From Candidatus Multivoradales bacterium (GTDB lineage Bacteria > Acidobacteriota > Thermoanaerobaculia > Multivoradales > Multivoraceae), in the NCBI GenBank assembly GCA_965223325.1, contig CBDCWI010000001.1, forward strand, positions 1 through 64,000: a stretch of DNA of 64,000 bases, written 5' to 3'. Each line of letters begins with the position of its first letter. Position 1 is the first letter of the stretch. Under the pieces are notes generated by a model, which made no database searches, was not told where the DNA came from, and saw nothing but the letters and a program-made list of their open reading frames with translations. A program made the translations under genes and the position numbers. Below are positions 16,315-26,308 of this stretch, piece after piece.

Positions 16315-19300
16315 CTACCCCCACGCCACCAGTTCGAGAACGTCTCGCGACGGATCAAGCCGGTCGTCTAGAACTACCAGACCCTTCCCCATCACTCCGA
16401 AAGTCTCGCGGCGACTCTTGACCAGAATCTCGTCGCCGGCGCGCAGTCCGAGACTGGCTCCCTCGTGCAACAGAAGGTTCCACGGTCGCCGGCGAACACC
16501 GAAGTTCGCGGCCTCGAGATTCGCGGCGTCCTGGGCGCTGGCCGCGTCGACAAGCGCCGTCTCGAGCGTCAGCGCTCCTGGTGCAGAAGGGTGTCGCTCG
16601 GTGACGTCGTTCGCGACGTCGCGCCGCGCCAGAGAGCTGGCGCGGGTGTAGCGCTCTACGTCGGCCGGCGACTCGGTGACCAGCCCCAGGAGGTCGTCCC
16701 GGCTCATCGGTGACCAGTTCTTTCGGTACTTCACGACCACGCCCTGGCGTGGCACCTCGGCAGGCATCGGCACGACCCTCGAATGGATACCCGGCACGAT
16801 CTCGGTGGAGTCGGGGGTCAATGGCTCGCTGTGCCGGGCCACGAGATCCCAGGACGAGGACCCAAACAGGAGAAGATCCTCGCCGGCGGTAACGTGGCGA
16901 GACGATGCAAGGTTCGGCACTGTCGCACCTTCCGCCTGGTCCATTCGCCAGTAGCCGACCAGGTGATCGGTTTCGCCGTCGAGGCGCGCAAAACGGCTCG
17001 AGGCAATCTCGCTCGGTGTGCGAGCCCGCGACCAGACCCTCACTTCAGAGACGCGTACGTTCCCTCCCCTGCCAACCTCAATGGACTGAGCAACATGGCT
17101 GCCGCTCTCGGCCGTCGTTGAGCTGGTACCGGATGACGCCGGCGAGCCGTCCAGGTACAGAATCGGCTCGGAACCGCCGAGCACCAGCGCAATGTGTCGT
17201 CGGTTTCCGGGATCAAGCTTCCACCCTGAGTCAGTCCAGTCGACCAGGTCACCTGGGAAGTCGCCGTTCCATTCCTTGACGTGCAGCTGCCCGTCGGCGT
17301 TGTCGAAGTAGATCGCGTAGTTCGCCGTCACTTCGAAAAGCGTTTCCTCGGTCGTGCTGCCCTCGCCGAGTCGCTCGGCCCAAAGCTCCGCGGTGATCCT
17401 GCGGCTCTGACTGCCCGCAGTGAACTGCCCGTACTGCACTTCTGCGTAGGCGGACGCGCCGGCGTAGCCTCCCGAATGGAGTCGGAGTTCGCGATAGACA
17501 TCCGGTGCGGTGAGCCTGCCGAGCTCGAGTTCGCCGTTCGGGCCGAATCCGAAGAAGCCGGCGGGCCGGAGTAGGTCGTCGAGAACCGCCGAGACCGAGC
17601 TGTCTTCTGCGAGCCAGCCGATTCGAGGGGATGACAGCAGGGCGTCGTAGTCGCGTAGCGACTCGAGATCGACTTCGGTAGCCAAGAGCCCCGCACGGCT
17701 TGCCACCAGCCACCGAATCGCTTCGCCAGGCGTCTCGGGGAACACACCATCGTCCCAGACCGCACCCCCGTCAAGGGTGCCCGAGTCCAGGTTGGTGCTC
17801 AGGTCGTGCGTAGTGGTCCCCGTGTCTTCATTCATCGGAAGCCACCGGTAAAGCGCCGAGTCGTCCGGTGCTGGGCGCGTGTACGGAAGTGCCGCGATTT
17901 CGTCGGCGTCCATCGCCCGTGTCGCAATCAAGACGTCCGACACGGCGCCCAGGACGTGGTTCGAGGAGGACCCGGACCCGATGTTGATCAGACGCGTATG
18001 TGCTGGGCGCGTACCGGTGACGCTCTCGGAGTGTCCGAGCCGGCCGTCCAGGTACAGCCGAGCCTCGCCGGCGGTCTCGTCGAAGACGGCGGCAGCGTGG
18101 TGCCAGCGGCCAACCTCGAACTCGAGTGCAGAGGTCGAAACGGTGTGGCTTCCGGTTGAGGTTTGAAGGGCAAGCTCGAGCGAGTTCTCCAGCGGTCCGG
18201 ACTGGTCCGACAGTCGTAGCTGGAAGGCGCCCGCGTTCGCGTCCCACCGATAGACCATCGTTTGATTCGAACCAGCATCGCCGGCCGATCGATCCGACCG
18301 AAACCAGCCAGCCACGGTGAACGAGCCCGCCGGCATCTCTGCCGCGACCAACTTGACCCGACCAGTGCTACCGTCCAGAGCTACCGCTGGTCCGAACGGC
18401 ATCCAGCCCTCGACGTTCGCGCGGATCGGCGCGGCCGGCGCAAAGCTGAGGTCGAAGAGGCCGCGAACGCGATCAATCGCAACCTGCGCGTCAACCCAAG
18501 TGCCCGAGGTGATTGTGCCGTCGTTGGCGCCGGCTGCTAGGTCGCCGGCGGTCGTTCCGGTGCCCTCGTTCATCCTCCAGTAGCCCACCAGTGAGGCTGG
18601 GGCCGAGCGGATCGGTCGGAACGCCCAGGACTCGATCTCGTCGGGCTCGCGTTCCGTCTCCCAGAGACGCAGATCCCAGATCTTGCCGGGAAAGTAGTCA
18701 GGACTCCCGCCGGCCTCGACACCGACGAGGATGTCGGTGGTGGAGAGACCGAAACCGCCTGTCCAGGCCGGGTCGACCGGTTCGGCGGTGTTCTCCAGCC
18801 TTCCGTTCAGGTAGAGCGCGCCCCTGTCCTCGGCCGCGTTGACCGCAAAGGAAGTCCGGTATCGACGGCCCGAACTCACCAGGGTGTTCGACCAGACGGT
18901 GAGGCCTCCAGAGCCATCGCCTGTTGTGGCTACCCCAAACACCCGGAACTTTCCGGTCGAGGCCTTGATCGCGCGCAGATACCAGCCGTTCGCACTCCCG
19001 GTGCCCGGCTGATCCAGCAGGTTGACGATGTCGCCGCCGGCCCAGTCTGGATCGTCGATCTGGAAGAGCGTCTCAACGGTGAACTCGTCTGAGACCGTGA
19101 ACGCGTAGTCGGACGAACCAGAGATGGTCACCTTGGTGGCGGTTCCATCGAAATCGATTCGAGGCTGGTCGATCAAGACGCGCCCGCCCTCCGTCACCTC
19201 TACATGACGCACCGGGCCGTCCGACACCGCGTAGCGCTGAGCCCGGGCGTCGAGAAGGCTCGGTTCCAGGTTGAAGACGTGGCCGACGGGGAGAGGCTTG

Positions 19301-20472
19301 CGGACGCCGCCAGGCCCCTCGCCTGTGGACGACCACTCACCGTCCGTCACGAAGATGCCGTGGTGCTTGTTGGGGCCGGAGTCGAAGAAGATGCCATTGG
19401 AGTTGTTCGATGGGTCGTACCAGTTCGAATCCGTGGCAACCAGGCCCGTCGTCACGTCGACGCCTTCGTCCAGGCGCCAATAGGACCGCAACCCCTCCTC
19501 GGTTCCCTCGAGCCGAGCCTCTCGCAGAGACAGGAGCTGCTCGTCAGTGCGGCCGTGGTCCCAAGTGCGCACCTCCCAGATCTCGGCTTCCGGGTGCTCC
19601 CGCAGGCCGGTTGCGGTCTTGCGCGCGCCGATCGTGTAGTAGTTGTCCGTGACCGTGGTCGTTGAAACCGTCGCTTCGCAAACCATCTCGCCATCGATCA
19701 GCAGTTCGTAGTCGTCTCCACGCCGGCGTAGAGCTGCGTGATGTGCCATGCCATCTAGGTAGCTGCGGCCGCTGTAGGTGGCGCTTGTCCCGTTGATATT
19801 GATCTGAGCACCGCCGCCCCAGCTGCTGTTCCCGATGCGCACCGAGGCCTGGCCGTTCGGGTTGGTGTCGTCCCGGCCGAAGGACACGAGGGCCCCCCAA
19901 GCGGCCCCGGGCTGCATTCGAAACCGAAACTCAACGGTGTAGTTGGCGAGGTTGTAAGGCGAGGCAACGCTCGGCGCCTGGGCGGTCTTCGCTTCCGTAC
20001 CGAAAACCGCCGCAGTGTGATGAGGCAGAAAGAAGTCTGGTGCAGCCGGCGACTCGTCGAGCCGGAACTGTGGGCTTCGGATCATCAGCACGATTCGGTC
20101 GTGGCCCGGGAGAACATCGTCCATCGTCGAGACGAAGACCGTCGAGAACTCGTCTCGGGCAGCTTTGCCCGTCGGGTGGTAAAGCAGCCTCACGCTGCGG
20201 CTGTCGACCGCACAGCGCTCGAGGAAGTCCATCTCCCCGTCGAGATTGCTGATCCACGCTTCGCCGGCACTAGCCACAGACCGGCCGCCGATCGTTCCTG
20301 GCGAGTAAAGGCTCCGGGAGATCTTCGGCGGCCGCTCGAGCCGTGCAGCGTACGGCTGATTCGCCGGCGTATCCGTCGGTCGCGAGACCCAGGGATCGGT
20401 CGCGAGATAGAGCTGTTCCAGGCTGTCGGTTTCGAGGTTGTAGACCTCGAGCTCGAGGAGGTAAACGCCCAT
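16315..20472 (-). CDS. Tail hub/central tail protein with about 4 inserted LamG-like domains
   Basis: Follows TMP; SNLDGEMD hub motif; repeated FTVE..WHH.A..LYLDG..E.R.W..YWR(L/M)(D/N)E units. Confidence 0.8.
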   Translation of the reverse strand: MGVYLLELEVYNLETDSLEQLYLATDPWVSRPTDTPANQPYAARLERPPKISRSLYSPGTIGGRSVASAGEAWISNLDGEMDFLERCAVDSRSVRLLYHPTGKAARDEFSTVFVSTMDDVLPGHDRIVLMIRSPQFRLDESPAAPDFFLPHHTAAVFGTEAKTAQAPSVASPYNLANYTVEFRFRMQPGAAWGALVSFGRDDTNPNGQASVRIGNSSWGGGAQININGTSATYSGRSYLDGMAHHAALRRRGDDYELLIDGEMVCEATVSTTTVTDNYYTIGARKTATGLREHPEAEIWEVRTWDHGRTDEQLLSLREARLEGTEEGLRSYWRLDEGVDVTTGLVATDSNWYDPSNNSNGIFFDSGPNKHHGIFVTDGEWSSTGEGPGGVRKPLPVGHVFNLEPSLLDARAQRYAVSDGPVRHVEVTEGGRVLIDQPRIDFDGTATKVTISGSSDYAFTVSDEFTVETLFQIDDPDWAGGDIVNLLDQPGTGSANGWYLRAIKASTGKFRVFGVATTGDGSGGLTVWSNTLVSSGRRYRTSFAVNAAEDRGALYLNGRLENTAEPVDPAWTGGFGLSTTDILVGVEAGGSPDYFPGKIWDLRLWETEREPDEIESWAFRPIRSAPASLVGYWRMNEGTGTTAGDLAAGANDGTITSGTWVDAQVAIDRVRGLFDLSFAPAAPIRANVEGWMPFGPAVALDGSTGRVKLVAAEMPAGSFTVAGWFRSDRSAGDAGSNQTMVYRWDANAGAFQLRLSDQSGPLENSLELALQTSTGSHTVSTSALEFEVGRWHHAAAVFDETAGEARLYLDGRLGHSESVTGTRPAHTRLINIGSGSSSNHVLGAVSDVLIATRAMDADEIAALPYTRPAPDDSALYRWLPMNEDTGTTTHDLSTNLDSGTLDGGAVWDDGVFPETPGEAIRWLVASRAGLLATEVDLESLRDYDALLSSPRIGWLAEDSSVSAVLDDLLRPAGFFGFGPNGELELGRLTAPDVYRELRLHSGGYAGASAYAEVQYGQFTAGSQSRRITAELWAERLGEGSTTEETLFEVTANYAIYFDNADGQLHVKEWNGDFPGDLVDWTDSGWKLDPGNRRHIALVLGGSEPILYLDGSPASSGTSSTTAESGSHVAQSIEVGRGGNVRVSEVRVWSRARTPSEIASSRFARLDGETDHLVGYWRMDQAEGATVPNLASSRHVTAGEDLLLFGSSSWDLVARHSEPLTPDSTEIVPGIHSRVVPMPAEVPRQGVVVKYRKNWSPMSRDDLLGLVTESPADVERYTRASSLARRDVANDVTERHPSAPGALTLETALVDAASAQDAANLEAANFGVRRRPWNLLLHEGASLGLRAGDEILVKSRRETFGVMGKGLVVLDDRLDPSRDVLELVAWG

Positions 20473-23400
20473 CTAGCCGACCCTCTGGACGCGATCGCGC
20501 AGCAGAGTGGAGATGTCCCCGCGGAGACCGCGCATCTCCTCGCGAATGCCGCGCAGACCAGTTTCGGTTCCGGCGAGAGCGCCCGTAAACTCGTTGCGGA
20601 GGGTCCCCGGCTCGAACCGAACGGTGCCGTCGGCTGGATTGCCGACAAGTTCGCCGCGTCCTAGTGCGTCGAGCACCTGGAGAATCTGCTCGTCGATCAC
20701 TCCCAGGCCAGACCCGCCAAGCTGGTCGAGCGCTGCTTCCCGGAACTGCTGGATCACATCGGGTAGATCGTCAACCGCGTCCAGGTCGCCGCCTAGCGCC
20801 GCCTGGCTGAGCTGCTGGAACTGGTCCTGGAGGCTCGAGAAGAGGTCCGCTGAGGACAAAGACCCGGGGCCGCCGGCGAGGATCTCGTCGCGAAGGCTGA
20901 GGATCGGCGCCAAGATGTCGGACAGCAACCGATCCGATGCGGCAGCCCACGCCTCAGTCACTCGCTCAACGCCAAGCCCCAGCCGCTCGGCCGTGGCAAA
21001 CAGCTCCTCGAACTGCTCGTTCAGGGCATCGAGCCGGTCCGACGAACCGCCACTCTGAGAGCCCTGGTTGATGATCCGATCTAGCTGGGCGTTGAAGTCA
21101 CGGCGCTCCTTCGCGATCCTCTGCGTCTCGGCCTCTTGAGCCGCGAGCATGTCCGTGAACTTGGTCCCCAGATCGCCGATGATCTCGGTCGAGTCATTCG
21201 CATCGTCGTTGAGCCCCTCGAGCGTCGCAGGGATCTCGCTTATCAAGCCTGATATTCGGTCGAAGATCTCGGCCTCGAGCAGTCCGCGCTCGACCGCGAT
21301 CGCTAGCTCCGCCTCGCGAATCTTGAGCTCGGCGAGCATCAGATCGTGACGGAGCTGGGCAGCTTCCTCTTCCCGGCCCAAGAGATCGAGGACATCCAGG
21401 AGCAAGGAATCGGCATCGCTTGAGGCCTGCGCCGCGAACTGTTCGCGCAGCTCTTCGCCGGCCCGTGCGAAAGCGTCTTCGACAAGCGACAGGTCGAACC
21501 CGACATCGGTGGCGGTCGCTCGCATCGCGTCCAGTCGGTCCTGGAGCTCGAGAAGCGCCAGATCGAACTCGGGCAACCCCTGCCGTGACATCTGCTCGAG
21601 AGTCTTGGCGATCTGTTCGCGGCCACGCTCGCGCGCCTCGCGGCGCGATGCGGCTCCGGGGTTGCGCTGCTTCTTGGCTTGCTGCTCAGCCGCATCGATT
21701 TGGGCGATGTCAATGAGCTGCTCTTTCAGGAGATCAGCGTTCTGGCCGGCGGCCTCCATCACGGCAATCTGATCGAGGAGCGCCTGGTTGTAGGCCTCGG
21801 CCTGGTTGCGGACCTGGGAGAAAATCAGCTCCCAGCGGGTCATGTCCGGGAGGAACTGGGAGATCGGACCGAGAATCTGGTCCTTCAGACCACCGAAGGC
21901 GCCCTCTGCGATGAGTCGAACGGCATCCATGTCCGCGCCGTACTTCTGGGCAGCGGATGCTGCCTCGAGCACGATCTGGGCGACCTCGGCGACCTGCGTC
22001 CCGAACTTGGCGGAGGCCCCTTCGAAGGTAGCGAAAAACTCGAAGAACCCGAGTTCACGTGCAAACTTTTCGAAGTTGCCGGACGCCTGTGCCTCGGCAG
22101 CCGAAGCCTGGAGCGCTGCCAGAATGTGGTCCGGGATGCCGGAGATATCCGCTGTCTCGAGTGCCTCAGCGATCATGAAATTGACTGCAGCGTCGAGATC
22201 AGAACCGAACTCGGCGATCACCTGTTCGTTGACCCGAACCTGGATGTTCCCGTTCTGCTCGAAGAAGTTGAGGTTCCCGATACCCTCGATCGTGCCGCCC
22301 AGCGACGCGATGAAGTTGTTCAGGAAGTCTGTGATCCCGGTCCCGATCTCGGTGAGCTGTTCAACATCTCGCTTGTTCTGGTCGAGGTTCGTCTGCGTGA
22401 ACTGGCCGTTTTCGACACCGATGTCGAAGTTCGTGAAGGGCCGAGACGGACCTCCGAAACCGATCGGGTTGTTAGGGTTGAACGGGTCGGCAGTCGGCAG
22501 CCCCGAGCCCAGCTCGAACTGGAACGCCTCCTGGAAAGCCAGGTCGAAGATCGAGCCGAACCCCTCTCCCAGCCAGGCTTCGCCGAACCCGAATGCGACC
22601 TGGCGACCGAGGTCGAACTGTTCTTGAGTCGTGTCCTTGGTGAGGTTGAGGCCGGCTTCTCGGGACGCGCGGCCCTCCTCGCTCTCGAACTCCGATGCCC
22701 GCTTGTCCGCTTCGGCACCCAGGATCGCCCCGAGGGCTGCCACGCCGGCCTGTAGCCCGGCCTGAAGCTTCGATGCTCCTGAAGCTAGAGCACGGGCGAG
22801 GGTCTCGGAGGCGATCGAGACGGACCGAAGCCACTCGTTCCCCGAGTTGGCGAACGCCTCTGCGACCAGCGAGAGGTTGATCTCGAAGGCGTTGGATGCC
22901 GCGAGGTCCTTCTGCGACGTGAGCGTGGCCGTTTCGGTCACCCGTTCCAGCGCCTGCGAGGTGGCCTCAAGGCGTCGCGCGGTCTGGGCGGCTTGGGCAT
23001 CTTGGATATCGAGAAACTCCTCGAAAAAGCCACTCGACGAACCAGTGACCGGATCAATGGACACTTTCTGGATACCCGCGAAGGCCCGGGCTGCGCGCTC
23101 GGCCTCGTCAGCTGCGGCCGCTACGTTCTTCTCTACCTCTGCCGTCGAGGCTTCGCCACTGGCAAACGCTCCCTTTGCGACCAGAGCGGCTTCGGCGGCT
23201 TCGCCGAAGTTGTCCGCGATCTCCTTGGCAAGGCGACTGTTCTCTCGAACTGCCTTGTTGACCTGGCCGATGACCTGGGCGATACCTCCGGCAACGGCAT
23301 CCCCTCCCGGAACCAGGTTCGCGGCCTGAAACGCCAGGACCGCAAACCTGTTGAAGAGCTTCAGCAACTGGTTCACGACCTCGATGCCACGTTCGAGGAT

Positions 23401-24252
23401 CGCCTCGAGAACCAGAAAGACCGTTGGCTTGAGTTCTTTCCACTGTTCTTTCCAGGCACCAACGCCGTCGATCGCTGCGCCCACGAAGGGGCCCAGGACG
23501 ATCGCCACGACCTCGCCGATCTCCTCGGCAATGTCTCCGAGGTCGTTGCGCAACTGCTTGAGCTGGCCGCCGAATTCCTGGGTGGCGGCCTTCGCCGAGC
23601 CAACGAACTGAGACTCGAGCTCCGCCAGAATGATCGACTGCGCGCCGGCGAGGTCATTCATCTCGACCATCGCCTTGATGGCCTCTTTCTGATCCTTGGA
23701 GAACTGGATGCCGGTGCGCGAGAGCGCGCCGAGGTTCGCGATCGGATCGTTCAGAGCCTTGCCGAGCTGCACGACCGTGGTGTTGAGGTCCTGCCCCATC
23801 TTCTGCGAGACGTCCGCAACGGACTGGATGAACCGCGGAAAGACCTCGCCGGTGATCTTGGTGAAGGTCAAGCCGATCGCCTGGGCCTGGACGACCAGCT
23901 CGTCACCGAACGTGCTGTTGGCCTGGATCGAGCTGGCCATCTGCTGCAACTGCTGAGACGTCAGTCCAGCAGCACCACCGGTCGAGGCAATCGAGGCCTC
24001 GAGCTGCGCGATCGACTGACGCTGAGCGTCAAACGCCGCAACCGAATCGGTGGCGAACCTGATCAGGCTCCCGGTCAGCTTCGCGAGACCGAGAATCCCG
24101 ATCACCTTGCCCAGACCACCGAGGCTGGCAGTCAGCCCCCTGGCACCACGGTTGGCCTTGTCGAACGCAGGCCCCATCTCCTCGGCCTCACGGCGCGCAC
24201 GTCGAGCGTTGATCGTCCTGACGTCGATCTCGATGCGGTACCTAGCGCTCAC
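20473..24252 (-). CDS. Tail tape measure protein
   Basis: 1259 aa, helical; QLGKALNDP..LSRTGIQFS..AQSIILAELESQF.GSA motif; follows the chaperones. Confidence 0.93.
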   Translation of the reverse strand: MSARYRIEIDVRTINARRARREAEEMGPAFDKANRGARGLTASLGGLGKVIGILGLAKLTGSLIRFATDSVAAFDAQRQSIAQLEASIASTGGAAGLTSQQLQQMASSIQANSTFGDELVVQAQAIGLTFTKITGEVFPRFIQSVADVSQKMGQDLNTTVVQLGKALNDPIANLGALSRTGIQFSKDQKEAIKAMVEMNDLAGAQSIILAELESQFVGSAKAATQEFGGQLKQLRNDLGDIAEEIGEVVAIVLGPFVGAAIDGVGAWKEQWKELKPTVFLVLEAILERGIEVVNQLLKLFNRFAVLAFQAANLVPGGDAVAGGIAQVIGQVNKAVRENSRLAKEIADNFGEAAEAALVAKGAFASGEASTAEVEKNVAAAADEAERAARAFAGIQKVSIDPVTGSSSGFFEEFLDIQDAQAAQTARRLEATSQALERVTETATLTSQKDLAASNAFEINLSLVAEAFANSGNEWLRSVSIASETLARALASGASKLQAGLQAGVAALGAILGAEADKRASEFESEEGRASREAGLNLTKDTTQEQFDLGRQVAFGFGEAWLGEGFGSIFDLAFQEAFQFELGSGLPTADPFNPNNPIGFGGPSRPFTNFDIGVENGQFTQTNLDQNKRDVEQLTEIGTGITDFLNNFIASLGGTIEGIGNLNFFEQNGNIQVRVNEQVIAEFGSDLDAAVNFMIAEALETADISGIPDHILAALQASAAEAQASGNFEKFARELGFFEFFATFEGASAKFGTQVAEVAQIVLEAASAAQKYGADMDAVRLIAEGAFGGLKDQILGPISQFLPDMTRWELIFSQVRNQAEAYNQALLDQIAVMEAAGQNADLLKEQLIDIAQIDAAEQQAKKQRNPGAASRREARERGREQIAKTLEQMSRQGLPEFDLALLELQDRLDAMRATATDVGFDLSLVEDAFARAGEELREQFAAQASSDADSLLLDVLDLLGREEEAAQLRHDLMLAELKIREAELAIAVERGLLEAEIFDRISGLISEIPATLEGLNDDANDSTEIIGDLGTKFTDMLAAQEAETQRIAKERRDFNAQLDRIINQGSQSGGSSDRLDALNEQFEELFATAERLGLGVERVTEAWAAASDRLLSDILAPILSLRDEILAGGPGSLSSADLFSSLQDQFQQLSQAALGGDLDAVDDLPDVIQQFREAALDQLGGSGLGVIDEQILQVLDALGRGELVGNPADGTVRFEPGTLRNEFTGALAGTETGLRGIREEMRGLRGDISTLLRDRVQRVG

Positions 24253-24255
24253 GGA

Positions 24256-24654
24256 CTAGCCTCCCAGACCCTTGCCGCCACCCGGGCCCTCTTCACGCTC
24301 GTCTGCCCGAATCTGGGCCCTCTCGTCGTTGCACACCGCCCAGAGACGAAGCCAGAAGTCTCGTTCGCTGGGATCAACAATCCCACGCTCGTCGAGAAAC
24401 TGACGCTGCTCAGAGAGGAGTGTCCGCCCGTTCATGTCGCGGCCCATGCGCGAGTCGGCCAGCAACGTCTCACTCACGAGAGCATCGTCCTCGGGCACCT
24501 CGCACTCGAGGAGCTCGCCCAGGATGACGTGGCGCGGGCGAGAGTCTCCCGACTCCCGCCGCTCCTGGTAGACGCCCTCTGCCGCGTTGCGTACATGCGC
24601 GCTCAGTTGGCCCCAGGTGCCGATGTGCCATCTGAGCGCGCTTCGGATTTTCCC
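24256..24654 (-). CDS. Tail assembly chaperone, frameshifted C-terminal part (gpT-like)
   Basis: The -1 frame GKIRSALRWH... is entered at the slippery site and ends just before TMP. Confidence 0.75.
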   Translation of the reverse strand, partial: GKIRSALRWHIGTWGQLSAHVRNAAEGVYQERRESGDSRPRHVILGELLECEVPEDDALVSETLLADSRMGRDMNGRTLLSEQRQFLDERGIVDPSERDFWLRLWAVCNDERAQIRADEREEGPGGGKGLGG

Positions 24655-25247
24655 TCGACGGCCCTCAGCTCTACGGCCCGATAGGCCTCGTTCTTGGCCG
24701 CCTCCTCGAGCACCCACGACAGCACTGCCTGTCCGACGGTGTTTCCACCGTGGGGAATCTCGACGTCCTCGCCAGTGTCGGGGTGCCTCTTGGTCGCGGG
24801 GAACGATGTCGTGTCCGTTAGGAGCTCGACCGCGGCGTCGACTGTGTAGGGCACGGTCACGCCGTCAGCACTGAGCACGCCGGCCCAGCCGCGAATCAGG
24901 TGTTCCGCTACCCCTCGCGCCGCTCGAGCGGTGCTCTCGGCCATCTGCTCTGGGTCGAGCTCGAACGTTTCCGAGGCCTTAAGCATGACCTGCTTCCGGG
25001 TCGCCTCGAAATCCTCACCGCCGAGGTTCTGGCCTTCGGCCGCTGCCGCAAGCGCCGCCTGTGCCGACACGTTGGTCATTGCCCTAGCGAGCGGGTTGAG
25101 GGCCTGCTCCTGGCGCTGCCACTCTGCATAGGGGCGGCAGTCGAGTCGAGCGATCTCGAACTCCCAACCGAAGCCCCAGGGGTCGACAACGCGCCGCGTT
25201 TCCTGCATCGCGCCGAGTACGTTTGTCAGATCGAATCTTGTAGACAT
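24603..25247 (-). CDS. Tail assembly chaperone (gpG-like)
   Basis: Between MTP and TMP; LIRGWAGV..DG..VPYT..A.ELL; GGAG RBS. Confidence 0.85.
   Translation of the reverse strand: MSTRFDLTNVLGAMQETRRVVDPWGFGWEFEIARLDCRPYAEWQRQEQALNPLARAMTNVSAQAALAAAAEGQNLGGEDFEATRKQVMLKASETFELDPEQMAESTARAARGVAEHLIRGWAGVLSADGVTVPYTVDAAVELLTDTTSFPATKRHPDTGEDVEIPHGGNTVGQAVLSWVLEEAAKNEAYRAVELRAVEGKSEARSDGTSAPGAN
24648..24654 (-). promoter_or_regulatory. -1 programmed frameshift heptamer G GGA AAA
   Basis: X XXY YYZ site near the end of gpG that joins the two overlapping ORFs. Confidence 0.85.
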
Positions 25248-25363
25248 GGTTTTCTCCATGGAAAAGCGACGGCCGTGAGGGCGCCCGAGCAGCTCGCCTC
25301 TCACGGGGGAGAGTGGAGACGGTGTCTCGCCGCAGCCCGGGCCCCCTCAACCGCCGCAGGGAT

Positions 25364-26098
25364 CTAGATGACGCCGATCGCAACCATCACGCCGAAACTG
25401 GGTGTCGTACCTGCCACCGTGATGTCCACATCCCAGAACTCGTCAGTGATCGGGCCATCGACCTCGATGAGCTCGCTTCCCGCCGCTGTGATCTGAGTGA
25501 ACGTTCCGCGAGTCGTCGGCGTACCCATGCCGGTCGCCGCAGCGCTGCGCACGATGATGTCCATCGTTGGGCTCGTGCCGGACGCGTCTGTGCAATGCAC
25601 GATCATCTTGAGCGTCGAGCCGTTGGGCACGCCGCCGGGGATGTTGATCTCGGTGCCCGTCGCGCTCGCCGTAAGGGCGAGGCTGCTGTATGCGCCGTAG
25701 CCCTGCACGATGCCTTCAATCGGCTTGAAGTTCGCGGACAGCGTCGCGATCTGACCTACTCGGGTCTGGATCGGATTGCCACTACGTCGCGCCGTCGCGA
25801 AGTACACGAGATCGCCGGCTTCGACCGGGCGCTCCCGCGAGAACGACACAAGGACATCATCCTCGCGGGTCCAAAGTGCGCGCTCGAGGTCGCCAGACAT
25901 TGCGAATCCGCTGACCGTGAACGTTGCGCTCTTGTTGCCAGGCAACGTGTCTTCGAAGCCGCCAGGGCTCTCGAAGTTCGAAGCGTCGATGTCCTGTTGC
26001 GACAGATCAATCGACACGTCGTTTGAGTAGGGTGCATAGTTGAACTCTTCGTAGATCACTGTGGCGTTTCGAACCACCACTCTTTTCTCGCCTGCCAT
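25364..26098 (-). CDS. Major tail tube protein
   Basis: VSIDLSQQDIDASNFES.GGFEDTLPG.KSATFTVSG; AGGAGG RBS; position before the chaperones. Confidence 0.85.
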   Translation of the reverse strand: MAGEKRVVVRNATVIYEEFNYAPYSNDVSIDLSQQDIDASNFESPGGFEDTLPGNKSATFTVSGFAMSGDLERALWTREDDVLVSFSRERPVEAGDLVYFATARRSGNPIQTRVGQIATLSANFKPIEGIVQGYGAYSSLALTASATGTEINIPGGVPNGSTLKMIVHCTDASGTSPTMDIIVRSAAATGMGTPTTRGTFTQITAAGSELIEVDGPITDEFWDVDITVAGTTPSFGVMVAIGVI

Positions 26099-26101
26099 TG
26101 T

Positions 26102-26308
26102 CTAGACCTCCTGGTCGTCGGTTGGTGATGGCTCCGCGGCCGCGGGCCTTCGTGTTTTGAGGCCACTTGAGCGGCGCTCAGGTTTAGCTCCTGGGCGTTG
26201 CGCCACGCCAGCGGCTTCCCACGCGGCGGCGCGCTGGGCGTCCACCTCGTAGGTCTCGCCCGTCTTGTACTTGCCCTCTGTTCTCAACATCTCCATCTCG
26301 ACCAGCAT
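26102..26308 (-). CDS. Small hypothetical protein (DUF7210-like head/tail accessory)
   Basis: YKTGETYEVDAQRAAAWEAAGVA; GAGGAGG RBS. Confidence 0.6.
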   Translation of the reverse strand: MLVEMEMLRTEGKYKTGETYEVDAQRAAAWEAAGVAQRPGAKPERRSSGLKTRRPAAAEPSPTDDQEV

